Origin: a virus
Lineage: Duplodnaviria > Caudoviricetes
DNA length: 64,000 bases
Reading direction: 5' to 3' (one strand)
IMG/VR virus record: IMGVR_UViG_3300036805_000137
Location: 18,451 to 82,450 of that record
Shown piece by piece: positions 62,971 through 64,000 of this stretch. Both the position numbers and the translations under genes were made by a program. The number at the start of each line of letters is the position of its first letter. The first letter of the stretch is position 1. Below the pieces are notes generated by a model. The model was not told where the DNA came from, ran no database searches, and was given only the letters and a program-made list of their open reading frames with translations.

Positions 62971-64000
62971 GTGTCCAATCCGATGAACTTTACCGAGGCT
63001 GACCGGACCGGCGACGCGTGGGAGGGTGACGCCGGCCTGACCGGGCAGGCCTCCGAGAATTTCAATGCCCCCGCCAGCCTGCCCGGATTTGGTGTGGATG
63101 CGGGTGTACCCGGCGCAGTAGTGCGGCCCGGCGAGGAACCGGTACCCGGGGCGATGCTCAATGATGCCGCGGTCATGGCCCCCACAGATAGTGACGCAAT
63201 TACCGCTGATATGCCGATGACGCAGGTTAGCCAGTTCCAACAGTCAGCTGACCAGATGGCCAGCAACATGCAAAGCTCTCTCGAGAATTTGTCAGGTCTG
63301 ACAGCCAATCCGGGGGCTAGCGCACCGGGACTGCCCAATGGCTTACCCGACCGCACGGCGGCGCCTAACCCACTGAGCTACAGCCCTGGTGCAGCGCTGG
63401 GCGATCCTGCTGGTGCTGGCGGGCAACTGCCCGGTGCCGGGCCGATGGCATCCCCTGATGCGGCTGGTGGACCGGACGGGGGTGTTCCTGGGGGAGGTCC
63501 GGGCGGTGGTGGCGACGGTAGCGGCAGTGCTGGCGGTGCTGGTGGCAGCGGTGGCGGTGGTGCTGCTGCTGGTTACCTAAGCGCCAATGTCTCCAACGCC
63601 ACGGACAGCCTCACCAGCGCCGTGGCTGCAGCTGCATCGAGCTCAGGCCCGCACGCCGCTCTCGTGGCTGGCACCGCGGTGCTCAGCGGCATTGCTATCA
63701 TGGTGGGCGGCATGTCCTCAGTCGGGCACAAAGGCGCGCCGGCATCAATCATGGCGTTTGGATCCGAGGGGGGCAGCGCTCCGCAGTTCGCCAGCGACAC
63801 CCACGGGTGGTTCACCTCCGCAGTGGCAGCGTGGGCGGCAGCCAATCCCCCGGCACCGGCTGCACCCCCGGCTGCCGGTCCACCTGCTACCGGCGCGGGG
63901 GATAGTTCGGCAGCACCACCACCCACATCCGGCGCGCCGATGCCCGCACCCGGGATGACGCCGGCAGACATGATCCCCGGCAGTGGCGGTGGGGCCAACA
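62971..64000 (+). CDS. 5' part of a long Gly/Pro/Ala-rich protein at the tape-measure position (runs off the window)
   Basis: Frame open from GTG62971 to the window end (MSNPMNFTEADRTGDAW...); absent from the ORF track because it has no stop. Confidence 0.6.
   Translation, partial: MSNPMNFTEADRTGDAWEGDAGLTGQASENFNAPASLPGFGVDAGVPGAVVRPGEEPVPGAMLNDAAVMAPTDSDAITADMPMTQVSQFQQSADQMASNMQSSLENLSGLTANPGASAPGLPNGLPDRTAAPNPLSYSPGAALGDPAGAGGQLPGAGPMASPDAAGGPDGGVPGGGPGGGGDGSGSAGGAGGSGGGGAAAGYLSANVSNATDSLTSAVAAAASSSGPHAALVAGTAVLSGIAIMVGGMSSVGHKGAPASIMAFGSEGGSAPQFASDTHGWFTSAVAAWAAANPPAPAAPPAAGPPATGAGDSSAAPPPTSGAPMPAPGMTPADMIPGSGGGAN

Noticed and set aside
1-64000. Integrase/att sites, reverse transcriptase (DGR/retron), DNA methyltransferase, canonical tRNA
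   Set aside because: No motifs for these were recognised; lifestyle (temperate or lytic) cannot be decided from this window
1-64000. Impression that CTAG and GAGCTC are unusually frequent for an actinophage
   Set aside because: Not counted; needs an observed/expected calculation before any claim about restriction avoidance or host

Overview
This window is 64 kb of a GC-rich tailed actinobacteriophage with an HK97-type head and siphovirus-like tail genes. WhiB1-like and Lsr2 genes point to an actinomycete host; Pseudonocardiaceae is only a guess. The layout runs as follows: end of a rightward arm and a bidirectional terminator (1-435); a leftward arm of small early genes with SprT, HTH, WhiB and Lsr2 (449-9588); a rightward arm opening with a Streptomyces-plasmid/AICE-type FtsK/TraB translocase, downstream direct repeats and many membrane proteins (9649-22452); recombination, nucleotide-metabolism and replication genes ending in a 1839-aa primase-helicase-PolA fusion with an origin-like repeat cluster inside its reading frame (22845-39778); late-adjacent genes including a MetE-like enzyme and an HNH (39783-45655); a short leftward operon under a shared palindromic operator; an AT-rich region that may be the genome end (about 49.9-50.2 kb); and terminase, portal, protease, capsid and tail genes (52209-64000). 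No integrase, CRISPR array, reverse transcriptase, canonical tRNA or clear endolysin is visible. Best candidates for new biology: (1) a TraB/clt-like conjugative dsDNA-transfer module in a virion-encoding genome, and (2) the single-chain replicase with an embedded origin. All protein family calls come from motif recognition by eye; no database search was run.
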